The notes under the pieces: generated by a model
The model's database searches: none
Seen by the model: the letters and a program-made list of their open reading frames with translations, nothing else
What the model was told of the DNA's origin: nothing
NCBI GenBank assembly: GCA_965602015.1
Contig: OZ271918.1
Coordinates: 2,592,001 to 2,656,000 of the forward strand
Source of the DNA: Salinispira sp.
GTDB taxonomy: Bacteria; Spirochaetota; Spirochaetia; DSM-27196; Salinispiraceae
DNA length: 64,000 nucleotides
Direction of reading: 5' to 3'
Shown: positions 45,776 through 54,657 of the stretch, one piece after another
How positions within the stretch are numbered: the first letter of the stretch is position 1
How the letters are laid out: each line of letters opens with the position of its first letter
Program-made: the position numbers and the translations under genes

Positions 45776-46780
45776 TCACGGAAACACCGTGACTGCAAGC
45801 GAGTAAAACAGCGGAATCCCCACGGCAACCGCCATAGGGGTACCCAGACTGGTAGACGCTCCAATGTAGGCGGACGGATTTGCCCCGGGGATGCCTGCCC
45901 GAAGGGTCGGAGGGCCGGAGATATCCGAACTCGAAGCGGCAATCACCGAAAGTAAGACTACACCGCCGGGGCTGAAGCCCACCAGCCGGTTAGCAATGTA
46001 TCCAAGGCCGAACCCGATGAATCCGTGAACCAGCGGAGCCAACAGGGCATAGAGGGCAAACCAATGGGCCACATCCTTAAGTTCCCTCAGACGCGAATAG
46101 GCCTCCATTCCCAAAATAAGCATGAGGATTGACAGGAACCCTCTGAACAGCGGATCGTAAAAACTCTCCACCACCGAGTCGGGCCGGGCGAACAGTCCCA
46201 GGACAAGCCCCAATAGCATGGCCGACAGGGCTGATCCCCGGAGGCTGTCGAGGATGATCGTTCGGGCCTTTACCCGATGCTCCGCGCTATCTCCCTTCCG
46301 CTTTCCGTGCATATTCGCCATAACGATGGCCAAAATCAGCGCGGGAATGTCCATAAACGGATAGAGGGCCGGAACCCAGGCCTCGAAGTACATCGCCTGC
46401 TCCTCAAGAAGAACAATACCCGCCGCCATAGTCGATGCGCTCACCGCCCCGAAAAGTCCCGCGGTGGCCAACCCGTCTTGGGTATCTATTCCCGGCAAAA
46501 GGGCGAAGAACACCTTTCCAAGTACCACGATGAGAACGGCGCCCAGCATTGAAAGTAGGGCGGGCAGCAGCATGCTCCCGATATCAGCCTGTCGAATTTC
46601 AATGCCCCCGTCCATGCCGATCTTCATCAGAAGAACGAAAACGATAAACTGGTAAATGGACCCCGGAATACTGAGCTTGCTGCCCATGGCAGCCAACAGA
46701 GCGCCTCCGATTAAAAACGCCAGGGTCGGCGATTGCAATTGGGATAAGAAACGGCTCAAAAAATCCATCAAGGCTGGCAT
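45776..46780 (-). CDS. sbtA: Sodium-dependent bicarbonate transporter family permease
   Basis: LQSPTLAFL; FGAVSAST; LYPFMDIPAL; AASSSDISGPPTLRAGIP.ANPSAYIG. Confidence 0.9.
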   Translation of the reverse strand: MPALMDFLSRFLSQLQSPTLAFLIGGALLAAMGSKLSIPGSIYQFIVFVLLMKIGMDGGIEIRQADIGSMLLPALLSMLGAVLIVVLGKVFFALLPGIDTQDGLATAGLFGAVSASTMAAGIVLLEEQAMYFEAWVPALYPFMDIPALILAIVMANMHGKRKGDSAEHRVKARTIILDSLRGSALSAMLLGLVLGLFARPDSVVESFYDPLFRGFLSILMLILGMEAYSRLRELKDVAHWFALYALLAPLVHGFIGFGLGYIANRLVGFSPGGVVLLSVIAASSSDISGPPTLRAGIPGANPSAYIGASTSLGTPMAVAVGIPLFYSLAVTVFP

Positions 46781-46879
46781 GTATCATCTCCTTCTGCAAA
46801 TCCTTAGTAGATAGCGTGCACTCACCATACCTTACTTATTTTATCATCTTTATAAAAATTGATTATTGCAATCAAACCG

Positions 46880-46894
46880 TTCTATAAAATAGAA
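46880..46894. promoter_or_regulatory. LysR-type T-N11-A palindromic site
   Basis: TTCTAT-AAA-ATAGAA in the AT-rich sbtA/lysR divergent gap. Confidence 0.55.
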
Positions 46895-46901
46895 TGATAG
46901 T

Positions 46902-47795
46902 ATGCGGATTAACTACAACCACCTGCGGTATTTCTACTTCGTGGCCCATGAGGGACACCTGACCCGGGCTGCAGGCAAACTCCACATTTCCCAGTCTGCC
47001 CTTTCGGTCCAGATCAAGACCCTGGAAAATGACCTGGGTCACCAGCTTTTCACCCGTCAGGGACGGAGCCTGCAGCTCACCGAGGTCGGCAGGCTGGTGC
47101 TGGAGCACGCGGACGGAATTTTTCGAAGCGGAGAAGAGCTGCTGTATCAATTGGCCCACCATCGGGAGCTGAGCCGAAGGCTCTTCCGGGTCGCGGCTGT
47201 TACCACTCTTTCGCGCAATTTCCAGATTGAGTTTCTCGGTCCGCTTCTATCCAGACCGGACACCGAGCTGGTGGTCAGCTCGGCGTCCCTTGCAGATCTT
47301 CTCGCGCAGCTGGAGTCCCACCGAATCGACGCGGCACTGACCAATACCGCCCCTACCCGCGAAGCCGGCACCCCCTGGGTATCGCACCTGATCTCGAAAC
47401 AGCCCGTGGGGCTCATCGGCCCGGCGGATTTTAAGGATGATGGTCGCCCCCTGAAAGACCTGTTGAGCCGGGAGCCGCTGTTCATCCCGAGTCCAGACAG
47501 CAACATACGGCTGGCATTCGACGCCCTCATTGAGCGTATGGGCATAGCGGTGGACATAAAGGCTGAAGTGAATGACATGACCATGCTCAGGCTTTTCGCT
47601 CGGGAGGCAAAGGGACTGGCGATAGTCCCTCCCATTGTGGTCCGCGATGAACTGGAACAGGGAATACTGCGGGAGATCAGGGAATTCCCGGAAATTCAGG
47701 AGAGCTTTTATGCAGTCGTCTTAAAGCGCCGCTTCCCCAATCCGCTCCTCGATGTGCTTCTAAAAAAGGACGGGAAGAAGAAGGACGGGAAATAG
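46902..47795 (+). CDS. LysR-family regulator (NhaR-like)
   Basis: INYNHLRYF..VA.EG.LTRAA.KL.ISQSALS.QI; LTEVG. Confidence 0.93.
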   Translation: MRINYNHLRYFYFVAHEGHLTRAAGKLHISQSALSVQIKTLENDLGHQLFTRQGRSLQLTEVGRLVLEHADGIFRSGEELLYQLAHHRELSRRLFRVAAVTTLSRNFQIEFLGPLLSRPDTELVVSSASLADLLAQLESHRIDAALTNTAPTREAGTPWVSHLISKQPVGLIGPADFKDDGRPLKDLLSREPLFIPSPDSNIRLAFDALIERMGIAVDIKAEVNDMTMLRLFAREAKGLAIVPPIVVRDELEQGILREIREFPEIQESFYAVVLKRRFPNPLLDVLLKKDGKKKDGK

Positions 47796-47809
47796 GGCCG
47801 CGGGTCTGC

Positions 47810-48049
47810 TTAGGTTTTGAACTTTCCGAAGTTCTCCCGCAATTCATGCACCACACCGTCGAGATCCTTGCTGAGATCAAGCATTGAAGACATTGCCGCC
47901 ACGATTTCCGCTGAAGCCTCGCGGATGCTGACACTCGATTCATTGAGCAGCGAGCTCGACTCGAGAATCTGGGTAATTTCCTCGATGGCGCTCACATTTT
48001 CGTTGATGTTTGCGTCAAGGGAATCGGCCTGCCCACGAATGGATACCAT
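47810..48049 (-). pseudogene. Orphan C-terminal fragment of a methyl-accepting chemotaxis protein
   Basis: SAIEEIT methylation-helix pattern; ends LRENFGKFKT like MCP tails; only 79 aa. Confidence 0.55.
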
Positions 48050-48051
48050 GT

Positions 48052-49242
48052 TTAGCGGATCCGAGTTTTGTTCTCCCTCAATACCATTCGCAGCTTCCCC
48101 GCAGGATCCTCAAACAGCGAGGTGAACAGCATGGCGGCGATGACGTAGGGCTTGTACCCCGCCTGCCGGTAGAGCGGCACCCGGAACTTTTCAAACACCG
48201 CTGCCGAAACTTCTCCCCGGGCGCAGCTCACGCCGGAAATATCCGCAGGGAGGCAGTGCAGGTACAGGGCGTCATTGCTCAAGGCCATTTTTTCCTCGTC
48301 GCATTCCCAGTCAATAAACGCGCGGTTTTGCTCAAGCAGCCGGCCCTCCAGGGCTTTGATGCCCTCCATATTGCCGTTTCCATAGAGGGTGGTGCGCTCC
48401 TCCATGGCGGCGAAGGGGGCCCAGCTTTTCGGGTAGACCACATGAGCTCCTTCAAAGGCCTCCTCCATGGAGTTGACAATGGTAAAACTCCCGCCGGAAG
48501 CCTTTGCCTGGTTTGCCGCAATCTCGGCGACCTCAGGCATGATTTCATAGCCCGGAGGATGCGCCAGGACCACATCCATGCCGAAGCGGGTCATCAGGCC
48601 GGCGACTCCCTGGGGCACCGAGAGGGGCTTGCCGTAGGAGGGGCTGTAGGCCCAGGTCATGGCGATCTTTTTCCCCTTCAAATCGCCGAGCTCATGACGC
48701 AGATGCAGGGCGTCGGACATGGTCTGGGTGGGATGGTCGATGTCGCACTGCAGGTTCACGATTGCCGGCCGCCCGGGCAGAACGCCGTCGGCGAATCCAT
48801 CGTCGAGGGCCCTGGCAACCTCCCGCATGTATGCGTTTCCCCGGCCGATGTACATGTCGTCCCGGATGCCGATGGCGTCGGCCAGGAAGGAGATCATATT
48901 CGCGGTTTCCCTGACGGTTTCGCCGTGGGCAATCTGGCTTTTTCCCTCATCCAGATCCTGGACTTCCAGGCCCAGCAGGTTGGCGGCGGAAGCATAGCTG
49001 AAGCGGGTACGGGTACTGTTGTCCCGGAACTGGCTGATGGCCAGGCCCGAATCAAAGACCCGGCTGCTGATATTTGCATCACGCAGGGCCTTGAGGGCGT
49101 CGGCGCATAAAAAGAGGGCCTCCAGATCGGCCGGTGATTTGTCCCAGGTGAGCAGGAAATCTTGCCGGAAAAGGCCTTCAGCTCCGGTTTCTTCCAGGCG
49201 TTTGATAATTGCTTCGATTGATGTGTGTTCTCTGCTGTTCAT
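48052..49242 (-). CDS. ygeW: Knotted carbamoyltransferase YgeW
   Basis: FRDNSTRTRFS; NLQCDIDHPTQ; WAYSPSYGKPLSVPQG; HCLPADI. Confidence 0.95.
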   Translation of the reverse strand: MNSREHTSIEAIIKRLEETGAEGLFRQDFLLTWDKSPADLEALFLCADALKALRDANISSRVFDSGLAISQFRDNSTRTRFSYASAANLLGLEVQDLDEGKSQIAHGETVRETANMISFLADAIGIRDDMYIGRGNAYMREVARALDDGFADGVLPGRPAIVNLQCDIDHPTQTMSDALHLRHELGDLKGKKIAMTWAYSPSYGKPLSVPQGVAGLMTRFGMDVVLAHPPGYEIMPEVAEIAANQAKASGGSFTIVNSMEEAFEGAHVVYPKSWAPFAAMEERTTLYGNGNMEGIKALEGRLLEQNRAFIDWECDEEKMALSNDALYLHCLPADISGVSCARGEVSAAVFEKFRVPLYRQAGYKPYVIAAMLFTSLFEDPAGKLRMVLRENKTRIR

Positions 49243-49260
49243 TCTGGCTGCTCCTGTGTC

Positions 49261-49345
49261 GCCCATTGGGCTTCTTTGCCCATTGGGCTTTTTTGCCCAC
49301 TGGGCTTTTTTGCCCGCTGGGCTTTTTTGCCCGCTGGGCTTCTAT
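49261..49345. repeat. 17-bp tandem repeat, five copies (GCCC[AG][TC]TGGGCTTTTTT)
   Basis: Units at 49261, 49278, 49295, 49312 and 49329; each has GCCC-N3-GGGC plus a T-rich tract; the last overlaps the xdhD stop. Confidence 0.93.
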
Positions 49346-52218
49346 GCCGGAATTGTGCCCAGGGCCTTGAGTATCTTCTCCGGGCTGAAAGGCCAGCTCC
49401 GCATCCAGACGCCGACGGCGTCGTATATCGCATTGGCTATTGCCGGGGCGGCCCCGTTCACCGAAATCTCCGCGATGGACTTGGCGCCGAAGGGGCCGTA
49501 AGGATCGTCAGTCTGTACCAGAATGGCCCGGAAATCCTTCGGGATATCGCCGATCATAGGCACTCCGTAACTTCTCAGATCGGTAGTCAGGCAGCGCCCG
49601 TTTTTATCGAACTTCATTTCTTCGTACAGGGCGTGCCCCATCGATTTGACCACCCCGCCGTACATCTGACCGAGGGCGTATTCGGGATTCACGGGCATCC
49701 CGGCATCCTGCAGAGCGTAGTACTTTTGAACCTCAACCCGCCCGGTCCGGGTATTCACCGCTACCTGCACAAAGTGAGCGCCGTAGGGAAACGAGAAGTC
49801 TCCGGTGGTAAAGCTGGCGGTGGCCACCAACTGGCCCCGGCCTTCTCCGCTCTGGCTGTCCCGGGCGATATCGTGAAAACTGAGCTCGCCTCCGGGTCCC
49901 CGGACCCGTGAGCCGCCGAGATATTCGATCTCTTCCGGCGTATCTCCCAGAATGGCCGCCGCCTCGGCGATGATCATTTCCTTCATTTTAATGGCGGCGT
50001 TACGGGCGGCGCCGCCGGAAAAGTAGGTTCCCGAAGAGGCGTAGGCTCCCGTATCGAACGGCGCGGCGTCGGTATCTCCCGACTGGACGGTGACCAGATT
50101 CAGGTCGACCTTAAGCACCTCGGCGGTCATTTTGGCCGATACCAGGTCCAGACCCGTACCGATATCCGCTCCGCCGGACTGAACAACGAAGGTTCCGTCC
50201 CCCAGCATTTTCACGGTGGCATGGGCCGAGTCGAGACCGGGCAAGCCGGATCCCTGCTGGATGGTGGCAAAGCCCTTGCCGATTTTAATGTCTGGATCGT
50301 CGCTATTTTCCGGTTTGCCCCAGCTGATAAGCTCGGAGCCCTGCTCGAGGGCGGGGCCGAGCCCGCAGCTGGCTGCCGGAGCCGGTTTTCCTTCCCGGCC
50401 CTCCCCCAGGCAGCGGAGAATCTCAAGCATTGCGCCTTCGCGGACCCGGTTTTTTTCCACCAGGTCCATGTGATCCATGCCCAGTTCAACCGCCAACTCC
50501 CTAATGGCAACCTGAAGGGCGTAGTTTGCCTTTGGAGCGCCGTATCCCTGGTAGGCACCGGTCGGCGGTCGGTTGCTGTAGTATGCCGTGACATCGAACC
50601 CCGCATTCTCGCAGAGGAAGAGCGGCAGGCTCTTGGACACTCCATTCATGGGAACAGTCAGGGCGTGGGCCCCATAGGCCCCCTGATTTGATTCGACGTT
50701 CATGTACATTGCGGTGAATGTGCCGTCTTTCTTCGCCCCAAGCTTCACGCGGATGCGCATGGGTTTGCGCGTGGAGCAGCCGATAAACTCCTCCTGGCGG
50801 GAATAACTCTGGTACACCTCCCGTCCGGTCTTGTAGGCGGCGAAGCCCACAAGGTCATCCAGAAGGATGTCCTGCTTGGAGCCGTAGCCCCCTCCGACCC
50901 GTTCCTTAACGACCCGCACCCGGTTTTCCGGCAAATCCAGAAGGGTGGCTACAATGCGCCGGAGATGATAGGGGACCTGGGTAGATGCGTGGATGATCAA
51001 CCGGTCGCCCTCCATCCGCGCCAGGCTGGTGTGGGTCTCAAGCGGGGTGCACTGAATCTGGGTGGTCTCGTAGCTTCTTTCAATAATTACATCGGCCTGA
51101 GCGAAGCCCTTCTCCAGATCGCCGATGCCGCCGGATACGCTGGCGGCGATGTTCCTGGAGGGCCGCCCGCCGATGGGAAACTGGTACAGCACCTCTTCCT
51201 CCGCGGCATCGGCTCCCCGGTTTTGCTTATCCAGGTCGCCGGGGGCCCCGTCGATATATCGCGCCGTGCCTCCGTGGATAAGCGCCGCGCCGGGCGACTG
51301 CACATCATCCAGTTCCAGCATCACCGGCAGCTCCCGGTAGGTCACGTCGATGAGGGTCAGGGCCCGGGCTGCGATCTCCTCGGTTTCCGCCACCACTGCC
51401 GCCACCCGGTCACCGACGTGGCGCACCTTGCGGGAGAGCAGCATCCGGTCATACGGCGAGGGCTCGGGAAAACCCTGCCCCGCCTGGGAGTAGGTTTTCT
51501 GGGGAACATGCTCGTGGGTAAACACCGCCACAACTCCATCGAGGGCCAGGGCTTTGGAGGCGTCGATGTGTTCGATCCAGGCGTGGGCCAGGGGGCTGCG
51601 GAGAACTTTTAAAATGCAGGTGTTGGGGCTCCGGCGGTCCTCCACAAATACCGGTTCGCCGGCCACCATGCGGACCGCATCGGGCTTGATTCCCGGCTTT
51701 CCCACATGGCTCAGTTCAGGACCGAAACTGGGGATTTCCGGCGGCAGGTATGACGGATCCCGCAGTCGGCCGGCGGCAAGTTCGACGGCGTCGAAGAACT
51801 GCCGGTACCCGTTCGAGCGGTTGAACATGCCGGAAAGGGCGTCGGCAATGGCCTCACGGTCGGGCGCCGGGTTTCGCTGCAACAGCTCATAGATGAGCAG
51901 GGCGGCTGCCGGTGAGTTGTATCCCGACTGGACGCAGCCCGCATCGAGCATGGACTGCTGTATGACATGAAGGCTCCGGCCGGTTTTAAGGAATTCCACG
52001 GTTTTAACGTCCCTGCCTTCGAGCTGGGGGGCCAGCAGGATATTCGCCCCTACGGGGCGGCCGTCCAGGAGCACGGTATCCGAGCCGGCGAAGCCGAAGC
52101 TGTCGTCGCTGTTGCGCACGGACCAGATTCCCAGGCGCTGCAGGTATGCCTGGGCGCTTTCACCGGGGCCCGCCGGTGCGCTGATTGATTTTCCGTTAAG
52201 GGTGAAACTCACGTTCAT
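49342..52218 (-). CDS. xdhD: Molybdopterin-dependent oxidoreductase XdhD (fused N-terminal ferredoxin-like domain)
   Basis: SVRNSDDSFGFAGSD N-terminus; GQGFPEPSPYD; GGGYGSKQD; AYQGYG; GAKSIAE; 958 aa. Confidence 0.9.
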   Translation of the reverse strand: MNVSFTLNGKSISAPAGPGESAQAYLQRLGIWSVRNSDDSFGFAGSDTVLLDGRPVGANILLAPQLEGRDVKTVEFLKTGRSLHVIQQSMLDAGCVQSGYNSPAAALLIYELLQRNPAPDREAIADALSGMFNRSNGYRQFFDAVELAAGRLRDPSYLPPEIPSFGPELSHVGKPGIKPDAVRMVAGEPVFVEDRRSPNTCILKVLRSPLAHAWIEHIDASKALALDGVVAVFTHEHVPQKTYSQAGQGFPEPSPYDRMLLSRKVRHVGDRVAAVVAETEEIAARALTLIDVTYRELPVMLELDDVQSPGAALIHGGTARYIDGAPGDLDKQNRGADAAEEEVLYQFPIGGRPSRNIAASVSGGIGDLEKGFAQADVIIERSYETTQIQCTPLETHTSLARMEGDRLIIHASTQVPYHLRRIVATLLDLPENRVRVVKERVGGGYGSKQDILLDDLVGFAAYKTGREVYQSYSRQEEFIGCSTRKPMRIRVKLGAKKDGTFTAMYMNVESNQGAYGAHALTVPMNGVSKSLPLFLCENAGFDVTAYYSNRPPTGAYQGYGAPKANYALQVAIRELAVELGMDHMDLVEKNRVREGAMLEILRCLGEGREGKPAPAASCGLGPALEQGSELISWGKPENSDDPDIKIGKGFATIQQGSGLPGLDSAHATVKMLGDGTFVVQSGGADIGTGLDLVSAKMTAEVLKVDLNLVTVQSGDTDAAPFDTGAYASSGTYFSGGAARNAAIKMKEMIIAEAAAILGDTPEEIEYLGGSRVRGPGGELSFHDIARDSQSGEGRGQLVATASFTTGDFSFPYGAHFVQVAVNTRTGRVEVQKYYALQDAGMPVNPEYALGQMYGGVVKSMGHALYEEMKFDKNGRCLTTDLRSYGVPMIGDIPKDFRAILVQTDDPYGPFGAKSIAEISVNGAAPAIANAIYDAVGVWMRSWPFSPEKILKALGTIPA

Positions 52219-53081
52219 GCCCTGCCTCCCCTGCCGCCCGGCGCAGAATGGTCTGCGGCGTTGAGTACTTCGAACACCGCATCGGCGATACGGGTGGCAT
52301 TTATATAGCGCTTGTATTCCGCCGATCCGAGAATGTCTGCCCTGGGCGAAATCGAATCGGCAATCGCCGACTCTATAACGTCCCGTTTAGGTCTGGCGCC
52401 GGAGCCGGCGTTTTTATTAAGCAGGTCCTCCACCGCCGGGAGCCGAATGCTGCGTTGGGCCACGCAGCCGGCGGCCACGATGAAGCGGCGAATGCCGTCT
52501 GTCTCTCGTATGCCCACCGCCGCGGAAACCACCGGGAGGGCAAGTTGGGACCGGGACTCCTTCACTGCGACGCAGGGAGCCGAAGGGTTGGGAACCAAAA
52601 TTTCACGAATAAGAAAACCAGCGGGGTCTTCGAGGTACTCCTCAAGCGACCTGTCCGCCGGCGATCCGTCGGGAGCAATGCCATGTAGTCGGGCGGCCAG
52701 CGCCAAGAGTGCGGGAATTATGTAGGAGTCGCTGCGCCGGGCCGCAACATTTCCGCCGATGGTAGCCTGATTTCTCACATTTCGCGTGGGAATGAAGCCT
52801 GCGGCAATCCGCAGCGCCGGCGGAATATCCTCATGGTCCGCCAGATCCTGAAGGCTGGCCATGGCGCCGATCCGGAGGGCGCCGGATGTATCGCCGGTAA
52901 TGTGCGCCAGATCGAGGTTTTGCAGACTGACCAGCCGCTGTTCCTCATCGAACCAGCGGGGATCAGCGGCGATGCGGGCTCCGTTGTTGATCTGGGTTCC
53001 TCCGGCCAGGATTATGTAACCCTTGTTCATCAGTTCCCGCGCCTGGGCGAGATCCTCGGCAATCACGAATTCGGCAATCAT
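52215..53081 (-). CDS. ygfM: Molybdopterin oxidoreductase FAD-binding subunit (YgfM-like)
   Basis: LAGGT; RIGA; VRNQATIGGN; GSAEYKRY; coupled to xdhD. Confidence 0.8.
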   Translation of the reverse strand: MIAEFVIAEDLAQARELMNKGYIILAGGTQINNGARIAADPRWFDEEQRLVSLQNLDLAHITGDTSGALRIGAMASLQDLADHEDIPPALRIAAGFIPTRNVRNQATIGGNVAARRSDSYIIPALLALAARLHGIAPDGSPADRSLEEYLEDPAGFLIREILVPNPSAPCVAVKESRSQLALPVVSAAVGIRETDGIRRFIVAAGCVAQRSIRLPAVEDLLNKNAGSGARPKRDVIESAIADSISPRADILGSAEYKRYINATRIADAVFEVLNAADHSAPGGRGGRA

Positions 53082-54628
53082 AAGACACCTGCCTTTTTAT
53101 ACATACGCTGGGCAGCCTCGCCGGCCCGGCGGCGGATTTCTTCCTCGTCCACGGCCTGCCTTTGTCCCGACGCTCCGGGGCCGCAGAGTCGGCCGTCCTT
53201 CACCACGCACACTCCGTTCACCACGCTGTGTTTTACCTCGTGGTTGTATCCTGAAAAGATGATGGCGGCCAGAGGATCAGAGAGGGCGCCGGCGTACTCC
53301 ATTTTATCAATTGAAAACATGGCGATATCCGCCGCCCATCCGGCTTCAATCCTTCCAACTCTATTATATCCCAGCAGTGAGGCTCCCTTCATGGTTCCCA
53401 TATCCAGAACCTCCTCCAGGGTCAGGGCCGACGCGCCCTTGGTAACCCGCTGCAGCATGAGGGCATTTCTCAGCTCGCCGAGCATGTCCGACGAATCATT
53501 GGATGCCGAGCCGTCGACTCCCAGGGCCACGGGTATTTCCATGCGTCGCATTTCCCGCACCCGGCAGATTCCCGAGCCGAGGCGCATGTTCGACGTGGGA
53601 CAGTGGGTAATCTTGGTACCGGTTTCCCGAAGCTCCTCGAGCTCCCGGTCGGAAAAATGAATTCCATGGGCGAACCACACGTCGGGCCCGAGAAAATCGT
53701 CCCGGGCCATCATTTCGAGGGGCCGCACCCCGTATTCCCGAAGACAGTAGTTGTTTTCGTCTTCGGTCTCGGCGAGATGGGTGTGCAGCAGCACCCCGTG
53801 GTTGCGGGCCAGGGCTGCCGAGGCTGACATGAGCTCTTCGGAAACGGAAAAAGGACTGCAGGGAGCCAGAACCACCTTCCTCATGGAGATAGGGGAGTCG
53901 TCGTGAAATTCGTTGATGACCCGCTCGCTGTCGTCCATGATTTCCTGCTCGGTCTGTACCACCGAGTCCGGGGGCAATCCGCCGTCCTTCTTCGAACGGC
54001 TCATGGACCCCCGGGTCGGCGAAAAACGAATGCCGGTGGCCCCGGCGGCCTGGAACTGAAGAGCCATAATGTCATCGTCAACCGAGCGGGGGTAGAGGTA
54101 GTGATGGTCGGTGGTGAGGGTGCAGCCGGTTTTTAACAGTTCAGCGGTCGCCAAGGCGGTCGACCAGTAAATGGCGTCCCGGTCCAGGTGCTTCCACACG
54201 TCGTACAGGTAGACAAGCCAGGTGAAAAGCTTTGCGTTCTGGACCGCCGGCAGGTTTCGGGTAAGGGTCTGATAAAAATGATGGTGGGTATTCACCAGCC
54301 CGGGGATAACCACGCAGTCCCCCGCATCGATCTCCACCGAGCCCGCCGGGGCCGACAGATTCCTGCCCACCGCGCGTATCACCGGCCCCTCGATGAGGAT
54401 ATCCGCTCCCCGCATGACCCCGGGCCGCAGTCCGGCTTCTTTGCCGGCAGCGGGACCGGAGGCGGCGGCGGAACTGGTGCCGGTGGCGGAACCGGAGGCC
54501 GCACCAATGCCTGAGCCCGGCTTATTATCTCCGCCGGCGCCTGTCCCGTCGATAGCAGTCCCGTCGGCCGGGCTCCCCTGCCAGAGATAGTAGCAGTTGC
54601 GGATTATTATGCTGCTCTGAGCTGTCAT
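53078..54628 (-). CDS. 8-oxoguanine-deaminase-like amidohydrolase
   Basis: NTHHHFYQTLTR; APCSPFSV; HTHLAET; HCPTSNMRLGSG; GVDGSASND. Confidence 0.88.
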   Translation of the reverse strand: MTAQSSIIIRNCYYLWQGSPADGTAIDGTGAGGDNKPGSGIGAASGSATGTSSAAASGPAAGKEAGLRPGVMRGADILIEGPVIRAVGRNLSAPAGSVEIDAGDCVVIPGLVNTHHHFYQTLTRNLPAVQNAKLFTWLVYLYDVWKHLDRDAIYWSTALATAELLKTGCTLTTDHHYLYPRSVDDDIMALQFQAAGATGIRFSPTRGSMSRSKKDGGLPPDSVVQTEQEIMDDSERVINEFHDDSPISMRKVVLAPCSPFSVSEELMSASAALARNHGVLLHTHLAETEDENNYCLREYGVRPLEMMARDDFLGPDVWFAHGIHFSDRELEELRETGTKITHCPTSNMRLGSGICRVREMRRMEIPVALGVDGSASNDSSDMLGELRNALMLQRVTKGASALTLEEVLDMGTMKGASLLGYNRVGRIEAGWAADIAMFSIDKMEYAGALSDPLAAIIFSGYNHEVKHSVVNGVCVVKDGRLCGPGASGQRQAVDEEEIRRRAGEAAQRMYKKAGVL

Positions 54629-54657
54629 GGTACCTCCCATGGCCTTGTCATCAGCCC

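Noticed and set aside
49261..49345. Possible CRISPR array
   Set aside because: Palindromic units but no unique spacers, and too short
51700..52218. XdhD ferredoxin-like domain lacking most Fe-S cysteines
   Set aside because: As recalled, the same Cys-poor SVRNSDD.FGFAGSD pattern occurs in E. coli XdhD, so it is not novel and not a sign of pseudogenisation
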